Shown here: positions 37,944 through 47,631 of the stretch, piece by piece
How positions within the stretch are numbered: the stretch's first letter is position 1
Layout of the letters: each line of letters begins with the position of its first letter
Assembly (NCBI GenBank): GCA_035531655.1
Contig: DATKSM010000047.1
Coordinates: 20,616-84,615 of the forward strand
Direction of reading: 5' to 3'
From: Solirubrobacteraceae bacterium
GTDB lineage: Bacteria; Actinomycetota; Thermoleophilia; Solirubrobacterales; Solirubrobacteraceae
DNA: 64,000 nucleotides
The notes under the pieces: generated by a model
Database searches by the model: none
Told to the model about the DNA's origin: nothing
Seen by the model: the letters and a program-made list of their open reading frames with translations, nothing else
Position numbers and translations under genes: made by a program

Positions 37944-39220
37944 GCACGCTCGGAGCGTTCACGGGCGCGCTCGACAGCATCGGCGCCGGGGATCCGCTCG
38001 GTGGGATCGCCAAGAGCGCGGCCGACAGCGTCGCGGGCTTCGGGCTCGGCGAGATTTCCTCCTATGTGCTCGACGGCACCAAGGCAGCCTTGCAGGAAGT
38101 GGCCTCAATGATCGGCGCCGCCACCGCCCCGAACCTGCAAAGCACCTGGTTCTCCTCGACCTACTGGCGAGTCGCAGCGCTGGCGGCGATGCTGACCCTG
38201 CCGTTCCTGTTCGCGGCTGCGGTGCAGGCGCTGGCGCGCTCCGACCTGGCGCTGCTGGCGAAGGCCGTGTTCGGTTACCTGCCGCTCTCGCTGCTCGGCG
38301 TCGGCCTCGCAGCGCCGCTGACGATGCTGCTTCTGGCCGCCACCGATCAGATGTCGGCTGCGGTCGCCGCGACCGCGACCAACAGCGGAGCGCAGTTCCT
38401 CGACAAGGCTGCCCTGGTGGCCGGCGACGCGTCGGCGATCCAGGGCTCGCCGTTCTTCGCGGTCGTGATCGGGCTGTTCGCAGTGATGGCCGCGTTGGCC
38501 CTCGCCGTCGAGCTGCTGATCAGGGCGGCCGCTGTCTACGTGGTCGTTCTTATGTTGCCGCTCGCGTTCGCGGCGATGGTCTGGCCGGCCCGCCGGATCT
38601 TGGCGGTGCGCATGGTCGAGCTGCTGGTCTCACTGATCCTCTCGAAGTTCGTGATCGTGGCTGTCCTGTCGCTCGCCGCCGCTGCTTTTCAAGGCGGGCA
38701 GCCCGGGCTATCGGAGTTGCTGACGGCGATGGCGCTGCTGCTGCTCTCGACCCTCGCGCCCTGGACATTGATGCGGATCCTGCCGTTCACCGAGCTGGCA
38801 GCGGGTGCCGCCGGCGTGATCCGCCAAGAGCTGCCGCACTCGCGCGACCTGGCGTCCAAATTCGCCTCTAACTCTGCGAGCGCAGCCGGGTCAGCGATGG
38901 AGCTGCCCTCGCGTATGCGCAGCCAGGCGCGCCAGACCGAGGTCGGGTTCGACGGCGACTCGAGTGGGCCGGTGGCCGGCTCGCCAGCACCGGCGTTCGA
39001 CGACCCGACCAGGCCGCATCCCACCAACTCGAGCGGATCGGAGTCGACACCAGGTTCAGCTGCAGCAGAAGCCACACCGGCGCCATCGGGCACAGATGAG
39101 CGCCCACCGTACGTCCCGCCGGAACTCTGGCAGCGCGAGGAGCCGCTGGAGCTCGGCCCCGAGCTCGGCGCCGGACCGTTCGGCCGACCGGAGCCCCGCG
39201 GCACCGAGGACTCCAAGTGA
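37940..39220 (+). CDS. TrbL/VirB6-like polytopic membrane protein
   Basis: Multiple TM, ELLIRAAAVYV..PLAFA..WP..LILSKFVI; low-complexity C-tail; GTGA overlap. Confidence 0.75.
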   Translation: MSTLGAFTGALDSIGAGDPLGGIAKSAADSVAGFGLGEISSYVLDGTKAALQEVASMIGAATAPNLQSTWFSSTYWRVAALAAMLTLPFLFAAAVQALARSDLALLAKAVFGYLPLSLLGVGLAAPLTMLLLAATDQMSAAVAATATNSGAQFLDKAALVAGDASAIQGSPFFAVVIGLFAVMAALALAVELLIRAAAVYVVVLMLPLAFAAMVWPARRILAVRMVELLVSLILSKFVIVAVLSLAAAAFQGGQPGLSELLTAMALLLLSTLAPWTLMRILPFTELAAGAAGVIRQELPHSRDLASKFASNSASAAGSAMELPSRMRSQARQTEVGFDGDSSGPVAGSPAPAFDDPTRPHPTNSSGSESTPGSAAAEATPAPSGTDERPPYVPPELWQREEPLELGPELGAGPFGRPEPRGTEDSK

Positions 39221-40683
39221 GCGAGGAGCGACTCTCCTACCGCTTCGGGCCGCTGGAGCGCCGCGGACTGCTCGGTCCGCTGCGCCTGGGCCAGGCCGTC
39301 GCCGTCGGCGCGGCGCTCGCGCTCGGCGTCGCGCTGCTCGACCGCATCGGTGGTGGCGGCGGCGTCGCAGCGGCAATCCTGTTGCTCGTGATCGCGGTGA
39401 CGCTCGCGACGGTGCCGGTCGCGGGCCGCACTGTCGAGCAGTGGACCCCGGTCGCCGGCGCCTTCCTCGCCCGCGACGCCACCGGACGACGCCGCTTCCG
39501 CTCGAAGATCCCGACGAGCGGTTCCACAGCCGCAGACTCGCCGGCACTCGAGCTGCCCCACCCGCTGACCGACGTCAGGCTCGTGAGTGTCGAGCACAAC
39601 GGTCGCGTCCTGGGGGCGCTGTCGGAGCGCCGCGGGCGGCTGCTGACGGCCGTGCTCGCCTGCCGCGCTGTCTCCTTCGCGCTGCTCGACCCTGAGGTGC
39701 AGGAGCGGCGCCTGGCGCAGTGGGGGACGGTCCTGGTCACGGCCGCCAATGCGCCGATCCGGCGGCTGCAGTGGATCGAACGCACCGCGCCGGCACAGGG
39801 TGACGAGCTTGCGCGATGGCTCCACACCGCGCGCGATCCAGCGCTGACGCCGCGGGGGACGCCGATCGTCGAGTCCTATCTCGAACTGATTGGGCAGAGC
39901 ACGCAGGTCACCCACGACCACGAGATCCTGCTCGCCATCCAACTCGACGTCTCGCGGCTGCACGGTAGCTCCGAGCTGGTACCTGAACAGGTGATCGAGC
40001 AGGTCGGTCACGTCGCCCGCGGGCTCGAGGTCGCGGAGATCAAGGTGCTCGGAGCGCTGAGCGCGGGCCAGCTGGCCCGCGCCTTGAGGACGGGCTTCGA
40101 CCCTTACGCAGGCGGCGAACTGGCGGCGCTCGACGCCGTATACGGAGCCCGCGACGGACTCGCGCACCACGATGCCGCCCCTACGGGCGCGGTCGAGACC
40201 TGGGAGCACTACCGCTGCGATGGCGCGTTTCATGCCACGTACTGGATCAGCGGCTGGCCGAAGGTGGGCGTGTCGCCGATGTTCATGGACGCGCTGCTCG
40301 CGGACTCCGGCACCGTGCGGACCGTGGCCGTGACGTTCGAACCGGTGTCACCGGAACGATCGGCGCGCGAGGTCGAGGCGGCGATCACGCAGGACCGCGC
40401 CGACAGCGAACTGCGGCGCCGCTTCGGACAGTCTGAGACGGCTCGCCAACGCCAGGCCCAGGAGGCGGCCGCCCGGCGCGAGGCCGAGCTCGCGGCGGGT
40501 CACGGCGAGGTGCGCCTCGCCGGCTTCGTGACGGTCAGCGGTCGCGACGAAGGCGAACTGCGACGCGCATGCGCCGAAATCCACCGGCACGCGGCACGGG
40601 CGCGGCTGGAGCTCCGGTGCATGTACGGCCAGCAGGCTGAGGCATTCAGCTTCACGCTGCCGCTCGCGAGAGGACTCCGGTGA
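39217..40683 (+). CDS. SCO6880-like conjugation protein (PrgI/VirB3-like N-terminus plus VirB4 N-terminal-like region)
   Basis: YRFGPLERRGLLG, two TM, YWISGWP, QAEAFSFTLPLARG. Confidence 0.8.
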   Translation: MSEERLSYRFGPLERRGLLGPLRLGQAVAVGAALALGVALLDRIGGGGGVAAAILLLVIAVTLATVPVAGRTVEQWTPVAGAFLARDATGRRRFRSKIPTSGSTAADSPALELPHPLTDVRLVSVEHNGRVLGALSERRGRLLTAVLACRAVSFALLDPEVQERRLAQWGTVLVTAANAPIRRLQWIERTAPAQGDELARWLHTARDPALTPRGTPIVESYLELIGQSTQVTHDHEILLAIQLDVSRLHGSSELVPEQVIEQVGHVARGLEVAEIKVLGALSAGQLARALRTGFDPYAGGELAALDAVYGARDGLAHHDAAPTGAVETWEHYRCDGAFHATYWISGWPKVGVSPMFMDALLADSGTVRTVAVTFEPVSPERSAREVEAAITQDRADSELRRRFGQSETARQRQAQEAAARREAELAAGHGEVRLAGFVTVSGRDEGELRRACAEIHRHAARARLELRCMYGQQAEAFSFTLPLARGLR

Positions 40684-41918
40684 GCGCCGCCCGCCCCGCC
40701 CATCGCGTCACGACGCGGCACGCACAGGCGATCTATCCGTTCACGGCCGGTGGCGGACTCGGAGGCCGCGGCGCGTTCATCGGGCGCGACGCCAGCGGCG
40801 GCGCGTTCTGCTTCGACCCGTGGGTGCTCTACGACGAGGGCGTCCTCGACGACCCCAATGCGATCGTGATCGGCAAGCTCGGTCAGGGCAAGAGCGCGCT
40901 GGTCAAGACGTTGCTGTGGCGCATGCTGCTGTTCGGGCGCCGGGCGTTCGTGCTCGACGTCAAGCGCGAATACGGGCCGCTCTGCCGAGCGCTCGGGGTG
41001 CGGCCGATCTCGTTGGCGCCCGGCAACGGCGTCCGGCTCAACCCGCTTTCGGCGCGGCCCGAGGAGCACGCCCAGATCGACCTGCTGCGGGCGATCGCGA
41101 CGACGACGATCGGCGAGCCGTTGCAGCTGGTTGAGGCCGCGGCACTGCGCGAGGCCTTGCGCACGGTCAGGGGTTGCGAGCCGGAGCCGACGCTGCCGCA
41201 GATTGCCGCGGTCATGTTCGACCCGCCGGCCGAGATGACGGCTCGCCTGCAGACCACCCCCGAGACGCTCGCCGCGGATTCGCGACGTGCGGCGCTCGCG
41301 GTGCAGGACCTCTGCGAGGGTCCGCTCAAGGGGATCTTCGACGGCCCGACGAGTCCCGGGCTCGATCTCCAAGCGCGGCTGCTCGTGCTCGACCTGCACG
41401 CGGTCCGCGATTCGCCGGCGGTCGGGATCCTGATGGCCTGCGCCACCGCCTGGATGAGCGCCCAGCTAGCGCGCACAGCCGAGAACCCCGGGCGCGAGCG
41501 GTTGATGAACGTGGCCGACGAGTCATGGAAGATCATCCAACACACCGGCCTCGGCGAGTGGTTCCAGTCGAACTTCAAGCTCGCACGGCAATTCGGCGTG
41601 TTGAACCTCGTCGTGCTGCACAAGCTCGGGGACCTGCAGGCAGCCGGCGATGCCGGCTCACGTGCCGCCCGCATCGCCGAGGGGCTGATCGCGGATGCCT
41701 CCACGCGAATCATCTACCACCAGGACGAGAGTCAGATACGACTCACGCGCGAGCTGCTCGGGCTATCGGTCACCGAGGCGCAACTGCTGACGCAGCTCAC
41801 GCCCGGACAGGCGCTGTGGCGCGTCGGCTCGCGTTCCTTCGTGGTTCAGCACTACCGCTCGCGGCTCGAGCAGCAGCTGACCAACACGGATACGGGCATG
41901 CGGATCGATGCACGGTGA
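40680..41918 (+). CDS. VirB4-like ATPase
   Basis: Walker A GKLGQGKS, LDVKREY, LNPL, Walker B NVADESW, KLARQFG. Confidence 0.88.
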   Translation: MSAARPAHRVTTRHAQAIYPFTAGGGLGGRGAFIGRDASGGAFCFDPWVLYDEGVLDDPNAIVIGKLGQGKSALVKTLLWRMLLFGRRAFVLDVKREYGPLCRALGVRPISLAPGNGVRLNPLSARPEEHAQIDLLRAIATTTIGEPLQLVEAAALREALRTVRGCEPEPTLPQIAAVMFDPPAEMTARLQTTPETLAADSRRAALAVQDLCEGPLKGIFDGPTSPGLDLQARLLVLDLHAVRDSPAVGILMACATAWMSAQLARTAENPGRERLMNVADESWKIIQHTGLGEWFQSNFKLARQFGVLNLVVLHKLGDLQAAGDAGSRAARIAEGLIADASTRIIYHQDESQIRLTRELLGLSVTEAQLLTQLTPGQALWRVGSRSFVVQHYRSRLEQQLTNTDTGMRIDAR

Positions 41919-43362
41919 ACTCGTGCCCCTGATCGCGCTGACGCTGGCGGCGGTGCTGTTCGCGTCCACGCGCGCGCGCTCAGGGCAGCGTGGTGATGAC
42001 ACCGGCGCGCGCTGGGCGTCGCGGCGTGAGCTGGCGGTTCTGGTCAGGCGCGTCGGCAGCGCCGGCCGGCCAGCGGGCCGGCTGGCCTTGGGATACCACG
42101 GTGGACGCCTGCTGCGCGCCGAGCACAGGCACGCGCTGGTCGCGTTCGGGCCGCCACAGTCGGGGAAGTCAGCGGGCCTGGCGATCCCGGCGCTGCTCGA
42201 ATGGCAGGGGCCGGCGGTCGCCTCATCGATCAAGACCGACCTGCTCTCAGCGACCTTGGCGCGCCGTCGCCAGCTCGGGGCGGTGTTCGTGTTCGACCCC
42301 TTTGAGCTCTCGGGCGTCGCGGGCCACACCTGGTCGCCGCTGCGCGGAGCCGCGACCTGGGATGGAGCGCTCGAGGTCGCCTGGCGGCTGGCGTCGGCCG
42401 GTGAGCTGGATCAGCGCGGTGTCGAGGGTGGGGACTTCTGGGCGATCGCCGCCGAGCAGCGGCTGGCACCGCTGCTGTACGCGGCGGCACAGACAGGCGG
42501 CAGCATCGAGCAGGTCGTGGCGTGGACGTACGGGCAGGGCACGCGTGCACTCGACGCCGCGCTGGACGGTTTGCTCGCGCGCGCCCCGACCGAACAGGAC
42601 CAGCTCGATGCGCGCGCCGCGTACGAGGCCGTGCGCGCGTTCGAGGCGCAGGCCGACCGGACCCGCAGCTCGATCGAGGCGACGGCGCAGGCACTGCTGC
42701 GCGCCTACCGGTTCACGCGCGTCGCCCGATCGGCGCACGGCTGCGAGATCACGGCCGAGCGCTTGCTCGCCGCCAACTCGACGCTCTACCTGATCGGTGA
42801 CGCCAAGGCATCGAAGCTGTTGCGCCCGATCTTCCTGGCGCTGCTGTCCGAGGTCATCGACACGGCCTATGCGCTCGCGAACAGCCATGGCGGGCGACTC
42901 GAGCAGCCTCTGCTCGTCTGCCTCGACGAGGCCGGCAATGTCGCGCCGCTCCCGAACCTGGCCGAGATCGCCTCGACAGCCCCGAGCCACAACATCCAGC
43001 TGATCTCGATCTTCCACGATCTCGCGCAGGCCCGCAGCCGTTACCGGCAACAGGCCGAGACCGTCGTCAACAGCCACCGCGCGCGCATGCTATTGCCCGG
43101 TGTCGCCGACCTCGAGACCCTGCGCTACTTCTCCGGGCTGGTCGGTGAGCAGGAGCAGCGCGAGCTGACGCGGACGAGCGGCCGCGGCGGAACGACGCGC
43201 TCATACGGGCGCCGGCGTACGCCGCTGATCTCCCCAGAGGCGCTCCGGCAACTGCCCGAGGGGCACGCGCTGCTGCTGTACGGGCGCCTCGCGCCGGTGC
43301 GCGTGCGGTTGCGAACCTGGTTCGCCAACCGGCGGCTACGACGGCTGGCCGCCGCGGCATGA
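41908..43362 (+). CDS. VirD4/TraG-like coupling protein
   Basis: N-terminal TM, ARWAS, Walker A GPPQSGKS, SSIKTDL, Walker B LDEAGN. Confidence 0.9.
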   Translation: MHGELVPLIALTLAAVLFASTRARSGQRGDDTGARWASRRELAVLVRRVGSAGRPAGRLALGYHGGRLLRAEHRHALVAFGPPQSGKSAGLAIPALLEWQGPAVASSIKTDLLSATLARRRQLGAVFVFDPFELSGVAGHTWSPLRGAATWDGALEVAWRLASAGELDQRGVEGGDFWAIAAEQRLAPLLYAAAQTGGSIEQVVAWTYGQGTRALDAALDGLLARAPTEQDQLDARAAYEAVRAFEAQADRTRSSIEATAQALLRAYRFTRVARSAHGCEITAERLLAANSTLYLIGDAKASKLLRPIFLALLSEVIDTAYALANSHGGRLEQPLLVCLDEAGNVAPLPNLAEIASTAPSHNIQLISIFHDLAQARSRYRQQAETVVNSHRARMLLPGVADLETLRYFSGLVGEQEQRELTRTSGRGGTTRSYGRRRTPLISPEALRQLPEGHALLLYGRLAPVRVRLRTWFANRRLRRLAAAA

Positions 43363-43381
43363 GACCACCGCCCGACGCAGC

Positions 43382-43744
43382 ATGAGACCGCCCGTCGAAG
43401 ATTCACAACTCTGCCGCGAGTGGTTCGAGGACCTGTGGCTTGACGTCTGCCGGTTGCGGGAGCGCTACACGCTGCCGGTGCGCGGCCGGTGGTGGGAGAA
43501 CCCGATCCAGGTCGAGGCGCTGGCGGCGCTCGCCGCCTGGGTGGAGCGCTACGACAGCGGCGAGTGGGACGATCCGCCGGGCAAGCTGGCGCTGCTTTAC
43601 GACCTGGAAAGGGTGGCTGCAATGCTGCGCGATGGCAACGACCCGTTCTACCCCGGCCGTGACCGGCCGGAGTTCGACCGCTTCCTCGCCGCGATCCACG
43701 CCGGCACCCAAACCGACTCAGGCGACGCAGGCTCAACCTCGTAA
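43382..43744 (+). CDS. DUF4913-like protein
   Basis: RWWENPIQVEALAALAAW motif; lies directly after the coupling protein. Confidence 0.55.
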   Translation: MRPPVEDSQLCREWFEDLWLDVCRLRERYTLPVRGRWWENPIQVEALAALAAWVERYDSGEWDDPPGKLALLYDLERVAAMLRDGNDPFYPGRDRPEFDRFLAAIHAGTQTDSGDAGSTS

Positions 43745-43754
43745 GGAGCAGGAA

Positions 43755-45152
43755 ATGGCGCTTTCAAGACATCGGGCCCATGGCAGGCACCGGCCGCAGA
43801 CGGCCGCTGCGGTTCATCACGGCGACGAGGGGGCACAACTACCGCTGGGATGCCTGCTTGATCACGGGCTGGGCGAGCAGATGACTTACGAGATGCTCAC
43901 CAACGAGCTGCTGCTCGACGGTCAGGCGCGGCTGAACCTGGCGACCTTCGTAACCACCTGGATGCCGTCGATGGCGGCGCGGATGATGGACGACACCGCC
44001 GACAAGAACATGATCGACAAGGACGAGTACCCGCAGACGGCGGAGCTCGAAGCGCGCTGCGTCAACATCATCGCCGAGCTCTGGCATGCCGATGAATGCG
44101 AGCACGCGACCGGCTGCTCGACCACCGGCTCGAGCGAGGCGGCGATGCTGGCCGGTCTCGCGCTGAAGTGGCGCTGGCGTGAGCGCGTACGAGCAGCCGG
44201 CAAGCCGGTCGATCGCCCCAACCTCGTGACGGGCACCAACGTCCAGGTTTGCTGGGAGAAGTTCATGCGCTACTGGGACGTTGAGCCGCGCCTGGTGCCG
44301 ATGGAAGGCGACCGCTTTCACCTCAGCGCCGACGAGGCCGTGGCCCGCTGTGACGAGAACACGATCGGAGTCGTTGGCGTGCTCGGCTCGACCTTCGACG
44401 GCAGCTACGAGCCGATCAAGGAGATCGCCGGCGCACTCGACGACCTGCAGGCGCGCACCGGGCTCGACGTGCCGCTGCACGTCGACGCCGCCTCGGGCGG
44501 GTTCGTCGCACCGTTCCTACAACCCGATCTCGAGTGGGACTTCCGGATCCGCCGCGTGCAGTCGATCAACGCCTCGGGCCACAAGTACGGGCTCGTGTAC
44601 CCCGGCGTCGGCTGGGCGATCTGGCGCGACCAGGAGGCGCTGCCCAAGGACCTGATCTTCAATGTCAACTACCTCGGCGGGAACATGCCGACGTTCGCGC
44701 TCAACTTCTCGCGACCGGGCAGCGAGGTGATCGCCCAGTACTTCATGTTCACCAGCCTCGGCCACCAGGGCTACCGGCGGGTGTTGCAGAACGCGCAGGA
44801 CGTCGCCCTGCGGCTCTCATCCGGGATCGCCGAACTCGGCCCCTACCGCCTGCTGACCAAGGGCGACGAGCTGCCCGTGTTCGCATTCACGCTCAACGAC
44901 GACGTCACCAACTACTCGGTTTACGACGTCTCCGCCCACATGCGCCAGCGCGGCTGGCTCATCCCCGCATACACGTTCCCGGAGAACCGCGAGGACCTGA
45001 ACGTGCTGCGCATCGTCGTGCGCGCCGGCATGACGCTCGACATGGCTGACCTGCTGCTCGAGCACATCAAAGAGGAGACCGACGCGCTCGAGTCGCTCGA
45101 CGGGCCGCTGCCGCACACCACGCGAGGCCCGCTGAAGGCCTTCGCACACTGA
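43755..45152 (+). CDS. gadB: Glutamate decarboxylase
   Basis: LNLATFVTTWM, NMIDKDEYPQT, HVDAASGG, SGHKYG (PLP Lys); RBS AAGGAG. Confidence 0.95.
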   Translation: MALSRHRAHGRHRPQTAAAVHHGDEGAQLPLGCLLDHGLGEQMTYEMLTNELLLDGQARLNLATFVTTWMPSMAARMMDDTADKNMIDKDEYPQTAELEARCVNIIAELWHADECEHATGCSTTGSSEAAMLAGLALKWRWRERVRAAGKPVDRPNLVTGTNVQVCWEKFMRYWDVEPRLVPMEGDRFHLSADEAVARCDENTIGVVGVLGSTFDGSYEPIKEIAGALDDLQARTGLDVPLHVDAASGGFVAPFLQPDLEWDFRIRRVQSINASGHKYGLVYPGVGWAIWRDQEALPKDLIFNVNYLGGNMPTFALNFSRPGSEVIAQYFMFTSLGHQGYRRVLQNAQDVALRLSSGIAELGPYRLLTKGDELPVFAFTLNDDVTNYSVYDVSAHMRQRGWLIPAYTFPENREDLNVLRIVVRAGMTLDMADLLLEHIKEETDALESLDGPLPHTTRGPLKAFAH

Positions 45153-45172
45153 AGTGTCGTGACACTGAGTCG

Positions 45173-45622
45173 TCAGGCGCCGCGAGCCGTGTCAGAGCGG
45201 ATCGCGACGCCGATCGCGGCGCCGGCGGCCTCGATCGCGGCGAGCGTTGACGCCTCGAGCACGAACTGCAGGTCGAGGATGCGCAGCTCGAACAGGTCGA
45301 GTCGATTGGAGCCGACGACGGCATGACAGGGCACGCCCGACTGGCGGGCGCTGGTCGCCACCTCGGACAGGAGGGTGCCCGTGAGGCCGTGGCGGTCCAG
45401 GCAACCCATGCCGGTGATCACCGCGCGGGCGGCGCGGATCTCGGGCACTGGCGGGGCCTGCCCGCCTCCGTCGACGTCCGGTGACACCCGGGCCGGCTGC
45501 CCGCTGGCAGCCAGCCCGCGCCACAGCGCCTCCGCGACCGACCGAGCCGTGAACGCCCTGCTGAAGTCCTCAGGCGCGATCAGCACCTCGGTTGGGACGC
45601 CAATTGCGACGTGACTTGCCAT
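45173..45622 (-). CDS. Truncated or degenerate glycerate kinase-like protein
   Basis: VLIAPEDF..A..VAEAL..G, DGG, VITGMGCLD..GVPCHAVVG resemble both ends of GlxK; only 149 aa. Confidence 0.6.
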   Translation of the reverse strand: MASHVAIGVPTEVLIAPEDFSRAFTARSVAEALWRGLAASGQPARVSPDVDGGGQAPPVPEIRAARAVITGMGCLDRHGLTGTLLSEVATSARQSGVPCHAVVGSNRLDLFELRILDLQFVLEASTLAAIEAAGAAIGVAIRSDTARGA

Positions 45623-45645
45623 GGGCGGCATCCTGTCAGGCACAG

Positions 45646-46647
45646 ATGGCCGAGCACACGACGATCGAAGTCGCAGGTCACGAGCTCCGCGTCTCGAACC
45701 CGGGGAAGGTCTTCTTCCCGGAGCTCGGGGTAACCAAGCTCGACCTCGTGAACTACTACCTCGAAGTGGCCGACGCCGCGCTGAACCATCTGCGCAACCG
45801 GCCCACCGTGCTGAAGCGGTTCGTCAACGGCGCCGACAAGGAGCCGTTCTTCCAGAAGCGTGTGCCGGAAACGGCGCCGGAATGGATCGAGACGGCGACG
45901 ATCTCCTTCCCGAGCGGCCGCACGGCGCGCGAGCTCCTGCCCAACGATGCCGCACACCTGATCTGGGGCGTGAACCTCGGTGTGATCGACTGGAACCCAT
46001 GGCCCGTACGCGCGCCCGATCTCGACCACCCGGACGAGCTGCGGGTCGACCTCGACCCGACACCGGAGGCGAGCTTCGCCGACGTCCGCCGCGTCGCGCT
46101 CTGCGCGGGTGAGGTGCTGCGGGAGCGCGGCCTCACCGGCTTTCCGAAGACCAGCGGCTCGCGTGGGATCCATATCAACGTCCGCATCGAGCCGGAGCAC
46201 GACTTCACGGTCGTACGCAGGGCAGCGCTGGCTCTGGCCCGCGAGGTCGAGCGCCGCATGCCCGAGGACGCCACCAGCAAGTGGTGGAAGGAGGAGCGGC
46301 ACGGGGTCTTCATCGACTACAACCAGAACGCGCGCGACCGCACCGTGGCCTCGGCCTACAGTGTGCGGCCGACACCCGATGCGCGTGTGTCGACCCCGCT
46401 CGACTGGGACGAGGTCGCGGACGTCGAGCCCGAGGAGCTGCGGATCGACACCGTCCCCGCGCGACTGCGGGCGAAGGGCGATCCCAGCGCGGCGATCGAC
46501 GCCCATGCGGGCTCGCTGGCGGGTCTGCTCGAGCTCGTCGAGCGCGACGAACAGGCAGGGCTGGGCGACGGCGCATGGCCACCGCAGTTCCCCAAGCAGC
46601 CCGGCGAGCCCAAGCGGGTGCAGCCGAGCAGAGCAAAGCCCGACTAA
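45646..46647 (+). CDS. LigD-type primase-polymerase domain protein (Prim-PolC-like)
   Basis: SNPGKVFFP, FFQK, DELRVDLDP, KTSGSRGIH, FIDYNQN, AYSVR. Confidence 0.92.
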   Translation: MAEHTTIEVAGHELRVSNPGKVFFPELGVTKLDLVNYYLEVADAALNHLRNRPTVLKRFVNGADKEPFFQKRVPETAPEWIETATISFPSGRTARELLPNDAAHLIWGVNLGVIDWNPWPVRAPDLDHPDELRVDLDPTPEASFADVRRVALCAGEVLRERGLTGFPKTSGSRGIHINVRIEPEHDFTVVRRAALALAREVERRMPEDATSKWWKEERHGVFIDYNQNARDRTVASAYSVRPTPDARVSTPLDWDEVADVEPEELRIDTVPARLRAKGDPSAAIDAHAGSLAGLLELVERDEQAGLGDGAWPPQFPKQPGEPKRVQPSRAKPD

Positions 46648-47594
46648 GCCTGCATCTGGTCGAGCGTGCAGTCGCGCGGGGGCTTGTCGTCTCGCCAGCG
46701 CAGTAGCTTGGTGCCGTGGCGGATGCGGCCGCCGCTCGATTGGTCGAAGCTGACCTCGACGACCAGCTCGGGCCGTAGCTCGATCCATTCGAGCTCCTTC
46801 TCGCTCTTCCAGCGGCTCGCGTCGCCGTGGCCGCGGGCCCCGGTCTCGTACGGGACCAGACGCTCCCGCAGAGCCCGCTTCTCCGCCGGCTTGATGCCGG
46901 AGCAGTGGCCGACGACCCGCAGCTCGCCGCCCTGATCGTAGAGGCCAAGGATCAGCGAGCCGACGGTGCCGGCCTCCTTGCCAGGGCGGTAGCCGGCGAC
47001 GACCGCGTCGAGCGTGCGTGTGCGCTTGACCTTGACCATGGTGGTGCGCTTACCGGGGGCGTAGGCGGCGGTCAGATCCTTAGCGACGACACCCTCCGCC
47101 AGGCGCAGCCACGACTCCGCGTCGGCCGCAGTGTGCGCGACCGGAGCGAGCGCAATCCCCGGTAACTCGAGCAGCTCGAGCCGGCGGCGGCGCTCGGCGA
47201 ACGGGAGCCCGAGCAGCACATCGTCGTCGAGGGCGAGCAGGTCGAAGGCGATATATCGCGCCGGCGTCTGCTGCGCGAGCAGCTCTATACGCGACGCGGC
47301 AGGGTGGATTCGCTGGGAGAGCGCGTCGAAGTCCTCGGGCTCGCCAGAGCCCGGATCGGCGTCGATCACGATCTCACCGTCGAGCACGTACCGGCCGACG
47401 GGGAAGCGAAGCTCGGGGAAGTAGCGCTGGAGTGGCTTGGTCCCGCGCGACTGCAGCAGCAGCTGCTCGCCGTCGACGAAGGCGAGCGCACGGAAGCCGT
47501 CGTACTTGGGCTCGTAGGCCCACTCTTCACCGACTGGCAGCTCCGGTTTGCCGCGGGCCAGCTGCGGTTCGATCGGCGGTTGCAGGGGCAACAT
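46644..47594 (-). CDS. ligC: ATP-dependent DNA ligase (LigC-like)
   Basis: EPKYDGFR, LDGEIV, AFDLL, EGVVAK, GSLILGLY, RWRDDK. Confidence 0.9.
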   Translation of the reverse strand: MLPLQPPIEPQLARGKPELPVGEEWAYEPKYDGFRALAFVDGEQLLLQSRGTKPLQRYFPELRFPVGRYVLDGEIVIDADPGSGEPEDFDALSQRIHPAASRIELLAQQTPARYIAFDLLALDDDVLLGLPFAERRRRLELLELPGIALAPVAHTAADAESWLRLAEGVVAKDLTAAYAPGKRTTMVKVKRTRTLDAVVAGYRPGKEAGTVGSLILGLYDQGGELRVVGHCSGIKPAEKRALRERLVPYETGARGHGDASRWKSEKELEWIELRPELVVEVSFDQSSGGRIRHGTKLLRWRDDKPPRDCTLDQMQA

Positions 47595-47631
47595 CGGCGT
47601 TGATCCTAATAGGGACTACGATCAGCAGCCC

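Noticed and set aside
43440-43754. N-terminal extension of gadB in the ORF track (570 aa)
   Set aside because: It overlaps the DUF4913-like gene; a strong RBS (AAGGAG) supports ATG 43755 and a normal length.
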